Positions 25,910 to 35,378 of a stretch of 47,642 bases of DNA are shown here, one piece after another. The notes beneath the pieces were generated by a model, which saw only the letters and a list, made by a program, of their open reading frames with translations, ran no database searches and was not told the DNA's origin. Every line of letters begins with the position of its first letter. Position 1 is the stretch's first letter. The translations under genes and the position numbers were made by a program. Source of the DNA: Pseudomonadota bacterium (GTDB lineage Bacteria > Pseudomonadota > Gammaproteobacteria > Steroidobacterales > Woeseiaceae); NCBI GenBank assembly GCA_022564475.1, contig JADFLJ010000001.1, positions 1-47,642 on the forward strand, given 5' to 3'.

Positions 25910-27983
25910 GATGCATCCTCCGCCGGCGGCGACCAAGCATCATTAACATCAGTGCGCTGAGGAAACAGCCGAATCCGATCAGCTGCATTTGAGTAGCATT
26001 CGTCGCAGTCGCCGGGAAAGCGAAAATCGCATTCGCGTTTTGTCCATACGCCACAAGATTCGGTAGCTGGTCTTTGCGCATCGGATCGTTCGCGGCGCGC
26101 ACGGGTGTTTTGTCGATCGCCACAAGACTCGTGTGCTTGCTGACGAGATGATGCTTGAGCGCAGTCTCGACGATCGCGTCACGAATCTCGTCCGGGCTGG
26201 CTCCGCGGCGCTGGTCATCCATAAGATGCGAGATGCGTGCTCTGGCCCACAGAGCGCCGATACCGGAACTTTGTTCTTCGCTGCCAAGTTCCATTTCCTG
26301 AAACCACGCACCCCCGACCGAATCACCGCTTATGCCGACGCGGGCATCCGCACCCAGCTCGCCGCGTATTCTCGCCTTGATCGTGACAGGCTCGCCGAGA
26401 TACAAGTCCGGCACGACGCTCGGGTAAGTCTCGGCGATCACGTTAGCTGGCCACACGACGCTGATGTTCGTCACTTGTGGTTGTTCGATTTTGGCGAACA
26501 ATCGATGCATTTTTTCGCCGACTTCGTGTAACGCACTAATCGTCGTAAACGTACCTCGACCGACTTCGGCCGATTTGCGCATGAACCAGCTGTTCGGTGC
26601 AGAACCGATCCCGACCGTGAACAAGCGGCCATTGCCAAGCTTGTTCTCGATGAGTTTGAACAATTCACTTTCGTTGCCGACGGCACCGTCGGTGATGAAA
26701 ATGATCTGTCGCAGGTGGCTCTCCTCGGGAGGCAAGTACATTGCCAGCTCGAGTGCGGCACGCATCTCGGTACCGCCGCTGGCTTGCAGTGAGCCGACGA
26801 ATGACTCCGCCGTTGCGAGATTCTGCAGGTTGGCGACGACACTTGAGTGCGACATCGGATTGGGTCGCGAGCTAAAGGCAATGATATTGAATCGGTCACC
26901 TGGACGAAGACCTTGCAGCGCACGTCGCAAAGCCTTCTTTGCCTGCACAATTGACGTGCCGTGCATGGAACCCGACGTGTCGATGATGAAAATCATCTCA
27001 CGCGGCATGATGTTCGCACTTGCCGTGTCCGCTGACGGCGGCATGACCATAAGAAGGTAATAGGACTCACCGTTAATCGTCTCGGTGAATACCATCGCCG
27101 TCGGCGCAGCACCGCGTGCCGGTCGCCAGAGTAATTCGAAGTCATGGTCCATGGGTACCGTGCCGCCCGCCAGCGAGATGGAGTAGCGATCATTTGTTTC
27201 CGAGATGTTTACCGGGTGATAGCGACTCGCGATAATTTCGAGCGGCATGCCTGCATTCACATTGATGTTCATCGATACCCGATGCCCGCGCGTGGCGGCG
27301 ACCATAGGCGGAGTGATGCGTGATGCGTCTTCGACGACGTCGGTGTTTGCCGCCCAGCCGCTGCCCTCACGATCAGGCAGTCCCGATGCAGCTCCAGGAA
27401 TGTAGCGCGGTGTTATTGTCAGCGGGAAGCGGATACTGAATGAACCGTTGTCGTAGCGAAGATCTTCGAGATATTCGATTTCGACGACGACAAGCTCGCC
27501 CGGCGCAATGTTGGCGACCGATGTCGTAAACATATTGGGACGTTGTTGCTCGACGAGACTGGCTTTCTTGCCTTCTCGCTTCGCCTGTTCGTATTCCTTT
27601 TTTGCCTGCGCTTTCTCGCGAATCTCAGCTTCGATGAATCGATCGCCGATATGCAGGCGCAGCCGGTCGATTGCCGCTTTGTCGGGCAGCGGAAAAACGT
27701 AAACGCCTTCTGCCCAGTCAGTGCCCTCATTGCGAAATTCCTGGCGCACCGATACGCGTGCAACGAGACCGTTAATCTGTATGTCGACTTTGGTATTCAG
27801 CAGCGTCGAGACGTGGTAGCCGCCCTGCATACGCAGCAGCAGGCTGCCTCCCTGCATGGCACCGGGTGTGATTTCATCGGCCGCCGGCTGCTGGGCGAAT
27901 GCGCCGTCGGGATTGATGGCCAGGATTGTAATCAGCAGCGCATGCCAGACCCATGTTGACTGGCGTTGCAGTAATTCTGCCAT
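25893..27983 (-). CDS. Marine proteobacterial sortase target protein (VIT + von Willebrand factor A domains, C-terminal sorting signal)
   Basis: The start is ATG 27981-27983, giving the signal peptide MAELLQRQSTWVWHALLITILAINPDGAFAQ. A VIT-like region follows. The vWA MIDAS motif is IFIIDTSGSMHG. The C-terminus is FPATATN + ATQMQLIGFGCFLSALMLMMLG + RRRRR. Confidence 0.85.
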   Translation of the reverse strand: MAELLQRQSTWVWHALLITILAINPDGAFAQQPAADEITPGAMQGGSLLLRMQGGYHVSTLLNTKVDIQINGLVARVSVRQEFRNEGTDWAEGVYVFPLPDKAAIDRLRLHIGDRFIEAEIREKAQAKKEYEQAKREGKKASLVEQQRPNMFTTSVANIAPGELVVVEIEYLEDLRYDNGSFSIRFPLTITPRYIPGAASGLPDREGSGWAANTDVVEDASRITPPMVAATRGHRVSMNINVNAGMPLEIIASRYHPVNISETNDRYSISLAGGTVPMDHDFELLWRPARGAAPTAMVFTETINGESYYLLMVMPPSADTASANIMPREMIFIIDTSGSMHGTSIVQAKKALRRALQGLRPGDRFNIIAFSSRPNPMSHSSVVANLQNLATAESFVGSLQASGGTEMRAALELAMYLPPEESHLRQIIFITDGAVGNESELFKLIENKLGNGRLFTVGIGSAPNSWFMRKSAEVGRGTFTTISALHEVGEKMHRLFAKIEQPQVTNISVVWPANVIAETYPSVVPDLYLGEPVTIKARIRGELGADARVGISGDSVGGAWFQEMELGSEEQSSGIGALWARARISHLMDDQRRGASPDEIRDAIVETALKHHLVSKHTSLVAIDKTPVRAANDPMRKDQLPNLVAYGQNANAIFAFPATATNATQMQLIGFGCFLSALMLMMLGRRRRRMHHAMAV

Positions 27984-28051
27984 TGTTTTGCCGGCCTGTC
28001 GGTGGCTAACTTGCGGGTGCCATGTGCGCTGACCTCGGTACATCGTATCTC

Positions 28052-28084
28052 TCCCTTGCTTGACGAATGTATTCAAACAAGGGA
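28052..28084. promoter_or_regulatory. 11-bp inverted repeat in the divergent target/pdsR promoter region (candidate operator)
   Basis: The arms are TCCCTTGCTTG (28052-28062) and CAAACAAGGGA (28074-28084), with 10 of 11 positions complementary and an 11-nt spacer. The left arm overlaps a TTGACG hexamer. Confidence 0.3.
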
Positions 28085-28164
28085 ATACGCCACTCTGCCG
28101 ACGGCGACGTGGCATTACACCGACGTAATGTGGCAAATTGTGGTGCTTGCTAAAGGAGGCCTTT

Positions 28165-28857
28165 GTGGCAAAACGCATTGCAATCGTAGAAGACGAAGTC
28201 GCCATTCGCGAAAACTATGTCGCAGCATTCAAACGAGAGGGCTATGCCGTCGATGCTTACGAGGCGCGCGGGCCCGCACTTGAGGCATTTGCAGCCCGGC
28301 TACCGGACCTCGTCGTAATCGACGTCAATCTCAAGGACGACGTTGAAGGCGGTTTTGAGCTGTGCCGGGAATTGCGATCGCGCGCGCCGGACCTGCCGAT
28401 CATTTTTCTGACGGCACGCGACAGCGAATTCGACGCCGTGTCTGGCCTGCGCCTGGGCGCAGACGACTACCTGACCAAGGACATAAGCTTGCCCCACCTC
28501 ATGGCACGCATCGCGGCATTGTTCCGACGCCTGGATGCGATGTCGAAACCGCAGGCGGCGCAAAGCCGGATTACGCGCGGTGATCTTGAGATTGATACGG
28601 ACCGTATGATGATTGCCTGGCAGGGACAGCCCATCGGCTTAACACTCACCGAATTCTGGCTCGTACATGCCATGGCCCGATATCCGGGACACGTCAAGAA
28701 TCGTCAGCAACTGATGGATGCCGCGCAAGCCGTTCTCGACGACAATACGATTACATCCCATATCAAGCGTATTCGCCGCAAGTTTGTCGCCGTTGATGCA
28801 GACTTCGACGCAATCGAGACCGTCTATGGCATGGGCTATCGCTGGTTGTCGTCCTGA
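28165..28857 (+). CDS. pdsR: Dedicated sortase system response regulator (OmpR family)
   Basis: GTG 28165 lies 5 nt after AAGGAGG and gives VAKRIAIVEDEVAIRENY. The receiver Asp is in DLVVIDVNL. A winged-helix C-terminus (YGMGYRW) is present. The symbol follows the TIGR03787-type family name, and I did not run that HMM. Confidence 0.8.
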   Translation: MAKRIAIVEDEVAIRENYVAAFKREGYAVDAYEARGPALEAFAARLPDLVVIDVNLKDDVEGGFELCRELRSRAPDLPIIFLTARDSEFDAVSGLRLGADDYLTKDISLPHLMARIAALFRRLDAMSKPQAAQSRITRGDLEIDTDRMMIAWQGQPIGLTLTEFWLVHAMARYPGHVKNRQQLMDAAQAVLDDNTITSHIKRIRRKFVAVDADFDAIETVYGMGYRWLSS

Positions 28858-28872
28858 CGGCGACCTAAGGCC

Positions 28873-30921
28873 ATGAATCTCAAACGGCAGCTACTCCTCG
28901 TCAGCCTGCTGACCCTGATGTTGCCGTGGGCCGGCTGTGAATTCATTCGCGAAACCGAATCGGCGTTGCGGCAGAACCAGCAACAACTGCTTGCGGGTAC
29001 GGCGCGTGCGATCGCCGGTCGGCTCGCGCAGTACCCCGAAGAATTTGCCGTTCATGCCGGCGCGAGCCATCTCATCGGCGATCAGCTCTACGGTCATGAA
29101 CTGGAAAGCGCGCCGAACGTCGATGGTTATTTCGACGACTGGCCGCTGACAGAGGCGTCGTTACGATCTCTTCCCGGCGTTGATGGCCCGATACGCTTCG
29201 TAACGGGAATCTTCGAACAGTATGTTTACCTCTATATTGAGGTCGCCGACAAGAATATCGTCTATGGAGATATGGGCTCGCTGCTGCCGATTGCGGGCGG
29301 ACGTCACGCAGATCGGGTGCGCCTGATCAGCCATAGCCCACCCTATCTCGAGGAGTCCATCTCGTTCACGGCAGAGGCACCGGGACCCGTCGTGGCCTAT
29401 GTGCAAAACCCATACGGATTCGAGCCCGCCACAACAATTCATGCTCACTGGCAGGACGTGCCGGGCGGTTACCAGCTCGAAGCACGAATCCCCCGGAACC
29501 TGCTCGGCACGCACCTCGGCGTTGTCGTCAACAACACCGACAACGCGAACGATGCCGGCATTCGCAGCGCGAGTTTCGCAACACGCACGCCGGGCCCATT
29601 CGTCAGCACTTCCGGCGAGCTGGCCCGCATTGCGGAAGGTGTCCTGCAACCGGGGATGCGTCTGCTTGTGACTGATGTAAACGGCTGGCGCATTGCCACG
29701 GTCGGCGATTTGCGATCTCAGCAAGAGACGATCACCGCGCCCGTGTCGACCTGGCTGCGCTTCGCCTACGACGCATTACTCGAACCCGGCAAGGAACCCA
29801 TATTTTCCGGACCGGACGCAAGCGGCCGGGAACAACAGTCTTATATTGTCACAGCCATCGGCGGTCAACGCTCTGCGGTCTGGTTTCAAAGCGCTGACAG
29901 CGGGCGTGCAATTGTTTCGGTCGCAGAACCCGTCACAACAGCAAACGAGACCATCGGCGCCATCGTCTTGCAACAGGGTACCGACGAGATCCTCAGCCTG
30001 ACGAATCAAACACTGGCGAGACTCATGAATGCTTCGATCATCGCAATGCTGGTGGTTGCTGGCGTGCTGCTGGGTTACGCAAGCTTGCTATCCCAACGCA
30101 TACGGCGACTCAGCACCGCTGCGGAGCAAGCGCTCGAGAGCGACAGAATCGAGACGATATTGCCAAGCGCCGACGCGGCAGATGAAATCGGTGATCTGTC
30201 TCGAAGTTTCGGCCATGTGCTTGGACAACTCGGCGACTACAACGAATACCTGCGCACGCTGGCGTCGAAACTATCGCACGAATTACGCACGCCTCTCGCG
30301 ATCGTCAGCTCGTCGCTGGAGAACCTCGAACATGAAAGCTTAAGCGATTCGGCGCTTGCGTACACGGCGCGTGCCAGGGACGGTACTGACAGGCTGCGCA
30401 AAATATTGAGTGCGATGAGTGAGGCCAGCCGCGTTGAAGAGCTGATGAAAAACGCCGACACCGAGAATTTTGATCTGCGCCCGGTACTCGAGTCAACGAT
30501 TAACGCCTACCGCGACATTTACGCCGAACGCAGCTTCACATTTGAATGCGATGGCAGCTCCTTCCCAATGAGTGGCTCACCGGAACTGATAATCCAGATG
30601 CTGGACAAGCTCATCGACAACGCCGTTAGCTTCAGCGCCAGAGGCAATCAGATCAGCGTTGCCCTCTCGGCAGAAGAAGACGACTCCCGATCGAAGCCTT
30701 GCCTGCGTCTGCGCGTCGCAAATCCGGGCCCACCACTGCCCGAGCGCATGCGCACACAGATGTTCGACTCCATGGTGTCGATGCGACCGCACAAGGACAA
30801 CAAGCACCTCGGGCTTGGTCTGTACGTCGCAAAAATAATTGCCGACGGCCACGGCGGCCGCATAACAGGCGAGAACATAGAAGGCGGCGTAGAATTTTCC
30901 GTGTTATTACCGTCGCTTTAA
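28873..30921 (+). CDS. pdsS: Dedicated sortase system sensor histidine kinase
   Basis: An N-terminal anchor (MNLKRQLLLVSLLTLMLPWAGC) and a large periplasmic domain are followed by HAMP-like and H-box (LSHELRTPLAIV) regions. The G-box is HLGLGLYVAKIIADGHGG. It lies 15 nt after pdsR. Confidence 0.8.
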   Translation: MNLKRQLLLVSLLTLMLPWAGCEFIRETESALRQNQQQLLAGTARAIAGRLAQYPEEFAVHAGASHLIGDQLYGHELESAPNVDGYFDDWPLTEASLRSLPGVDGPIRFVTGIFEQYVYLYIEVADKNIVYGDMGSLLPIAGGRHADRVRLISHSPPYLEESISFTAEAPGPVVAYVQNPYGFEPATTIHAHWQDVPGGYQLEARIPRNLLGTHLGVVVNNTDNANDAGIRSASFATRTPGPFVSTSGELARIAEGVLQPGMRLLVTDVNGWRIATVGDLRSQQETITAPVSTWLRFAYDALLEPGKEPIFSGPDASGREQQSYIVTAIGGQRSAVWFQSADSGRAIVSVAEPVTTANETIGAIVLQQGTDEILSLTNQTLARLMNASIIAMLVVAGVLLGYASLLSQRIRRLSTAAEQALESDRIETILPSADAADEIGDLSRSFGHVLGQLGDYNEYLRTLASKLSHELRTPLAIVSSSLENLEHESLSDSALAYTARARDGTDRLRKILSAMSEASRVEELMKNADTENFDLRPVLESTINAYRDIYAERSFTFECDGSSFPMSGSPELIIQMLDKLIDNAVSFSARGNQISVALSAEEDDSRSKPCLRLRVANPGPPLPERMRTQMFDSMVSMRPHKDNKHLGLGLYVAKIIADGHGGRITGENIEGGVEFSVLLPSL

Positions 30922-31409
30922 CGAGCCGACGCCTGCAGTCGAATAAGACCCGAGCTCTGGAACTTGACGGGTTTTGTATAGGGGATGTCGATGCCGAGCC
31001 GGCCTTCGAGCGAATAGGGAATTTCCCGCCGCGTGGCGTCGCGAACAATGAATAGCAGCTCAGGTGCGGTCTGCAACAGGTTAACGTCGACGCTGATCGC
31101 AAATTCTCCGTCACCGCCTGCCGCAATGGTGAACGAACACGCAGCCTCTCCGCTCGCGAAACGATGGCCATCGAGCTTTACACCGTAGTTGATCGACTTA
31201 ACCGGCAACGGGAACGGGTTGGGGTTCCTCACATCGAAAGACAGGATGAATGTCTGGCTATCGAAACCGATATCTTCGACATGCACATTGCGTAACGACA
31301 CTGTGGGCGCACTGACAACGTTATCCAGACTCGCACAGGACGAAAGCAATACCGTCGTTAGCAGCAATACGCCGCTGTTGCATCGATTCAGTCTGTTCAT
31401 GGTTTGCAC
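30918..31409 (-). CDS. LEA_2 / WHy-type (LEA14-like) lipoprotein
   Basis: The lipobox is VLLSSCAS. The LEA_2-like core is FDVRNPNPFPLPVKSINYGVKLDGHRFASGE. The start is either GTG 31409 or ATG 31400. Confidence 0.7.
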   Translation of the reverse strand: MQTMNRLNRCNSGVLLLTTVLLSSCASLDNVVSAPTVSLRNVHVEDIGFDSQTFILSFDVRNPNPFPLPVKSINYGVKLDGHRFASGEAACSFTIAAGGDGEFAISVDVNLLQTAPELLFIVRDATRREIPYSLEGRLGIDIPYTKPVKFQSSGLIRLQASAR

Positions 31410-31410
31410 C

Positions 31411-31866
31411 TCAATGAACCTGATCGCCCAGTTGTCCCCAGCGCGCTGAAATTAATTTCCAGTCGTCGCCATCATATCCCAGCTCGAGCTCGAAACGATA
31501 TGCGTCGGCACTGAGGCCTGGCGCACTGTTGTTCGTCGCCGCCATTCCAAGCGTTACCGACACTTCAGCGGCCGTTTCGCCAATAATCCGCACGTCGTCA
31601 ATCCGGCCCAGCAAGACTATTTTATTCTGCCGCAGGAAATACAGCCGCAGCAACTTGTCGATATCGTCACAACTGTGGCCACGGGCATCGACATACGCCG
31701 GCGAGATGTTCGCCACAATAGCCTTGCGATCTTTCTCCCCGGCAGCTTCCTGCATGGCGCTGACCCAGGCACGAACCTGCTGCTCCGGGTCACCCTCATC
31801 GACGCTGCAACTAACAACCGAAGTCAGTAGCAGCAGCAACGCGATTCGGGTGAGCCTTGCTATCAT
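31411..31866 (-). CDS. Hypothetical lipoprotein
   Basis: A signal peptide and lipobox (LLLLTSVVSCS) are present. Its stop is adjacent to the start of the LEA_2 gene. An NTF2-like fold is a guess only. Confidence 0.55.
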   Translation of the reverse strand: MIARLTRIALLLLLTSVVSCSVDEGDPEQQVRAWVSAMQEAAGEKDRKAIVANISPAYVDARGHSCDDIDKLLRLYFLRQNKIVLLGRIDDVRIIGETAAEVSVTLGMAATNNSAPGLSADAYRFELELGYDGDDWKLISARWGQLGDQVH

Positions 31867-31953
31867 CTGCTAAAGTCTACGGACATTGGAAGCGATATAT
31901 GGTCGTTTTGCCCAATATGTGAACTGGTTCGCACTTTGAAAGTGGATATACAG

Positions 31954-32592
31954 ATGCCGGATAGCCTGCCTGACGAAGACCAACAACGGATTGACGCAAT
32001 CCTGTCATTCTGGTTCAAGGAGCAGACGCTCAGCGCACCCCAAATCGATCAACGCATGGACACCTGGTTCGGCGCCAATGCCGCATTCGATCATGAGGTT
32101 CAAACAGAGTTTTCCGTCGATATAGACAATGCCAGCGCAGGACAGCTCAATCACTGGGCAAGCGATCCTCGTGGCAGGCTCGCGCTGATTCTTCTGATCG
32201 ACCAGTTCCGCCGCAATGTTTATCGCAACACGGCACAAGCCTTTGAGATGGACAAGATTGCCTTGAAGCTCTGCGTCGAAGGCGCCATGGAAAAAATTGA
32301 TGCCAGCCTGGCGCCCATTGAGCGCGTCTTCTTCTACATGCCTCTGCAGCACTCCGAATCAGCGAAAGTACAGGCCAAGGCCTGTGAGTTGTTCAACAAA
32401 CTCGCGGAGTCCGTGTCACCGACCTTTAAGGAAACCTTCAGCACGGTCGCACAATTCGCCGAGTTGCACCGCGACATCATCGACCAGTTCGGGCGCTTCC
32501 CACATCGCAACAGCATACTTGGCCGCAAGAACACGCCCAAGGAAGACGAATACCTGACAACCGATGGTCCTGACTTCGGCCAGAGCAGCTAA
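31954..32592 (+). CDS. DUF924 family protein
   Basis: Motifs ILSFWF and LILLIDQFRRNVYR...A are present. ATG 31954 is preferred over TTG 31936. Confidence 0.8.
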   Translation: MPDSLPDEDQQRIDAILSFWFKEQTLSAPQIDQRMDTWFGANAAFDHEVQTEFSVDIDNASAGQLNHWASDPRGRLALILLIDQFRRNVYRNTAQAFEMDKIALKLCVEGAMEKIDASLAPIERVFFYMPLQHSESAKVQAKACELFNKLAESVSPTFKETFSTVAQFAELHRDIIDQFGRFPHRNSILGRKNTPKEDEYLTTDGPDFGQSS

Positions 32593-32606
32593 GGCCGATG
32601 TCAAAG

Positions 32607-33959
32607 TCACGCGTATTCGCGCGACAGTTTATTATATCGCCACGTCAGCAGGATGGCCGCTACGCCAAGACCAATGACGAAGCCGCCCCAGATATAGTTC
32701 GGCGGCAGCCTGAAGGTCACCGCAGCCAGATACGCCAACGGGAATGCCAGCACCCAATATGAAAATGTATTGATGATCATGGGCACGCGCGTGTCTTTGT
32801 AGCCGCGCAACGCACCTGCAGCGCCGATCTGCACACCGTCTCCAACCTGAAAAAGCGCAGCCATTAGCAGCAGGCTGATTGCGATATCCTTAACCAACTC
32901 GTTATTCGTATACATCGTGACGATCGAATCACTGAAGACGATCAGGAATATTGCCGAGCACGCCATGAACGCGCCGCAGGCGAATATGCCAAATCCTCCG
33001 GCATAGCGGGCGCGCTTAAGCTGACCCGCACCGAGTTCGTGGCTGACCCGCACGGTGATCGCCGAGCTCAATGCCAATGGAATCATAAACATTGTCGATG
33101 CAAAACTGATCGCAATCTGATGCGCCGCCGTTATCACGGCGCCCAGCGTTCCCATCAGGATCGATACGGCATTGAACAACCCGGCCTCGGCCGTAATCGT
33201 GACAGCAATCGGAAAGCCAAGCGAAAAAATCTCTCGCAATACCTTGAGTCGCGGCGGCGCCAGGCGCGAAAAAATCCCTATCACCTTGTAACGCCTGGCC
33301 GAGACCATGTACACGACCATGATAATCGCGATCAGCCACATCGTTATCGCACTCGCGATACCGCAGCCAACGGCACCGAGTTCCGGCGCGCCGAGATTGC
33401 CGAATATAAGCACCCAGTTCAGGAACACGTTGCATACGATCGCAAAGAATGAGATGTACATGATGGGCTTGGTTACACCGATGCCCTCGGTCGTGAAGCG
33501 CAGGGCCAGGAACACAAACATGCCGGGCGCACCCAGCGTGATTGCCTGCGTATAGCCAATGGTCATTTCGCGAAAACCGGGGTCAATCGGAATAAAAACG
33601 AGCAGCGGCCCAACCAGGTACTGCGCTGCAAAAATGACCGGTATCGCGAGTGCAATGCCCAGGTAAATTCCCTGCCGCGTGTAGCGGCCGATCAGGTGCG
33701 CGTCTCCGGCACCGTAATGGCGTGCAGCGATGGGTGCGATTGCCATGAGCAAGCCAAGGCCTATCGTAAACGCGAAAAACCACAAGCTGCCGCCAATGGC
33801 CACGGCGGCCAGAGTTTCCACGCCCAGGCGACCCGCCATAACCGCGTCCGCAAACTGCATACCCGCGATAGACAGATTATTAACGATCAACGGGCCCGCA
33901 AGTTTGAACAAGCGGCCGGTTTCGTTACGCCAGGATAAAGTGTCAGAGTGACGGGTCAC
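32607..33959 (-). CDS. MATE-family efflux transporter (NorM-like)
   Basis: It has 12 TM segments. The N-terminus is ETGRLFKLAGPLIVNNLSIAGMQFADAVMAGRLG. Confidence 0.85.
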   Translation of the reverse strand: MTRHSDTLSWRNETGRLFKLAGPLIVNNLSIAGMQFADAVMAGRLGVETLAAVAIGGSLWFFAFTIGLGLLMAIAPIAARHYGAGDAHLIGRYTRQGIYLGIALAIPVIFAAQYLVGPLLVFIPIDPGFREMTIGYTQAITLGAPGMFVFLALRFTTEGIGVTKPIMYISFFAIVCNVFLNWVLIFGNLGAPELGAVGCGIASAITMWLIAIIMVVYMVSARRYKVIGIFSRLAPPRLKVLREIFSLGFPIAVTITAEAGLFNAVSILMGTLGAVITAAHQIAISFASTMFMIPLALSSAITVRVSHELGAGQLKRARYAGGFGIFACGAFMACSAIFLIVFSDSIVTMYTNNELVKDIAISLLLMAALFQVGDGVQIGAAGALRGYKDTRVPMIINTFSYWVLAFPLAYLAAVTFRLPPNYIWGGFVIGLGVAAILLTWRYNKLSREYA

Positions 33960-34042
33960 CGGTGAATCTTACGGTAAGGCGGGGCAATGGTGTAAAGTCC
34001 ATTGCCTGAAGAAGAATAAATCAGCCGGCCAGGAGGCAAGCA

Positions 34043-35347
34043 ATGCTGCATGATGGAAGAGCCATAAAAGTCGCTGTCGTCGGTGGGTCGCGAACACCGT
34101 TTTGCCGATCGCATTCCGTCTACAAAGATTACTCCAACATGGACTTAATGACGGCCGCCCTTGAAGGTGTCGTCAACAAATTCGATCTCAAAGGCCAGAC
34201 ACTCGGCGATGTCGCTCTGGGTGCCGTGATCAAGCATTCGAAAGACTGGAACCTGGCGCGCGAAGCAGTCATCGAATCGGGCCTGTCGATCCGCACACCC
34301 GCTGTTGACCTGCAACGAGCATGCGGCACGAGTCTTGAGGCTGCCATCATGATCTCCAACAAGATCGCGCTGGGACAAATCGACTGTGGCATCGCTGGCG
34401 GCACCGACTCAACCAGTGATGCGCCGATCGTATTCAAAGACGCTTTTCGGCGCATCCTGCTCGACGTCTATGCTGCACACAACACGCTCGACAAGATTAA
34501 GCCGTGGTTTCGATTGCGTCCCAGCCATTTCATGCCGCAATTTCCGGGCGTTACCGAGCCACGCACGGGGCTCTCGATGGGCCAGAGCATGGAAATCACA
34601 GCGCAGAAATGGGATGTGCAGCGCGAGCATCAGGATCAGTTAGCGCTCGCCAGTCACGCCAAGGCCGCGGCAGCTTACGACGAGGGCTGGTATGAAGACC
34701 TTGTCGTGCCGCTCAACGACGCGGAAGAAGACAACAATATTCGCCGTGACACAAGCTTCGAGAAACTCTCATCGCTCAAGCCCGTGTTTGACAAAGGCGA
34801 AGACGCGACGATGACAGCGGGCAACAGTACACCACTGACCGACGGTGCCGCTGCCGTGTTATTTGCGTCGGAAGACTGGGCGCGCAAGAAGAATCTTCCG
34901 ATACTTGCGTACCTGACATTCGCCCAGGTATCCGCCGTCAATTTTGTGGACGACGAAGGCTTGTTGATGGCGCCGGCCTATGCCGTTTCCGACATGCTAA
35001 AACAGGCGAATCTGAGTTTACAGGACTTCGATTTCTACGAAATCCACGAGGCATTTGCTGCTCAGGTCATTGCGACACTCAAAGCCTGGCAGTCCGAGAA
35101 ATTTTGTCGCAACCGACTCGGACGCAATGAACCGATGGGGCCGATAGACCTCTCGAAACTCAATGTCAAAGGCGGCAGCATCGCTATCGGCCACCCATTC
35201 GCGGCCACGGGCGCGCGCATCGTTGCGTCACTCGCAAAGCTGTTGAACGAGCAAGGCAAAGGACGTGGCCTGATATCGGTTTGCACGGCTGGTGGCATGG
35301 GGGTAACGGCTATTCTCGAAGCGGCCCCAACCGTACATCAAACCTAA
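34043..35347 (+). CDS. Acetyl-CoA C-acyltransferase (FadI-like thiolase)
   Basis: The active-site Cys is in LQRACGTSLEAA. Motifs NSTPLTDGAAAV, GGSIAIGHPFAATGARI and CTAGGMG are present. Confidence 0.9.
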   Translation: MLHDGRAIKVAVVGGSRTPFCRSHSVYKDYSNMDLMTAALEGVVNKFDLKGQTLGDVALGAVIKHSKDWNLAREAVIESGLSIRTPAVDLQRACGTSLEAAIMISNKIALGQIDCGIAGGTDSTSDAPIVFKDAFRRILLDVYAAHNTLDKIKPWFRLRPSHFMPQFPGVTEPRTGLSMGQSMEITAQKWDVQREHQDQLALASHAKAAAAYDEGWYEDLVVPLNDAEEDNNIRRDTSFEKLSSLKPVFDKGEDATMTAGNSTPLTDGAAAVLFASEDWARKKNLPILAYLTFAQVSAVNFVDDEGLLMAPAYAVSDMLKQANLSLQDFDFYEIHEAFAAQVIATLKAWQSEKFCRNRLGRNEPMGPIDLSKLNVKGGSIAIGHPFAATGARIVASLAKLLNEQGKGRGLISVCTAGGMGVTAILEAAPTVHQT

Positions 35348-35378
35348 GCCAGCCAGGAACGAAAGGCGAGAAAAGTAT

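Noticed and set aside
25277-25960. A 227-aa plus-strand ORF.
   Set aside because: It is antisense to the sortase gene, whose catalytic His/Cys/Arg motifs define the real frame.
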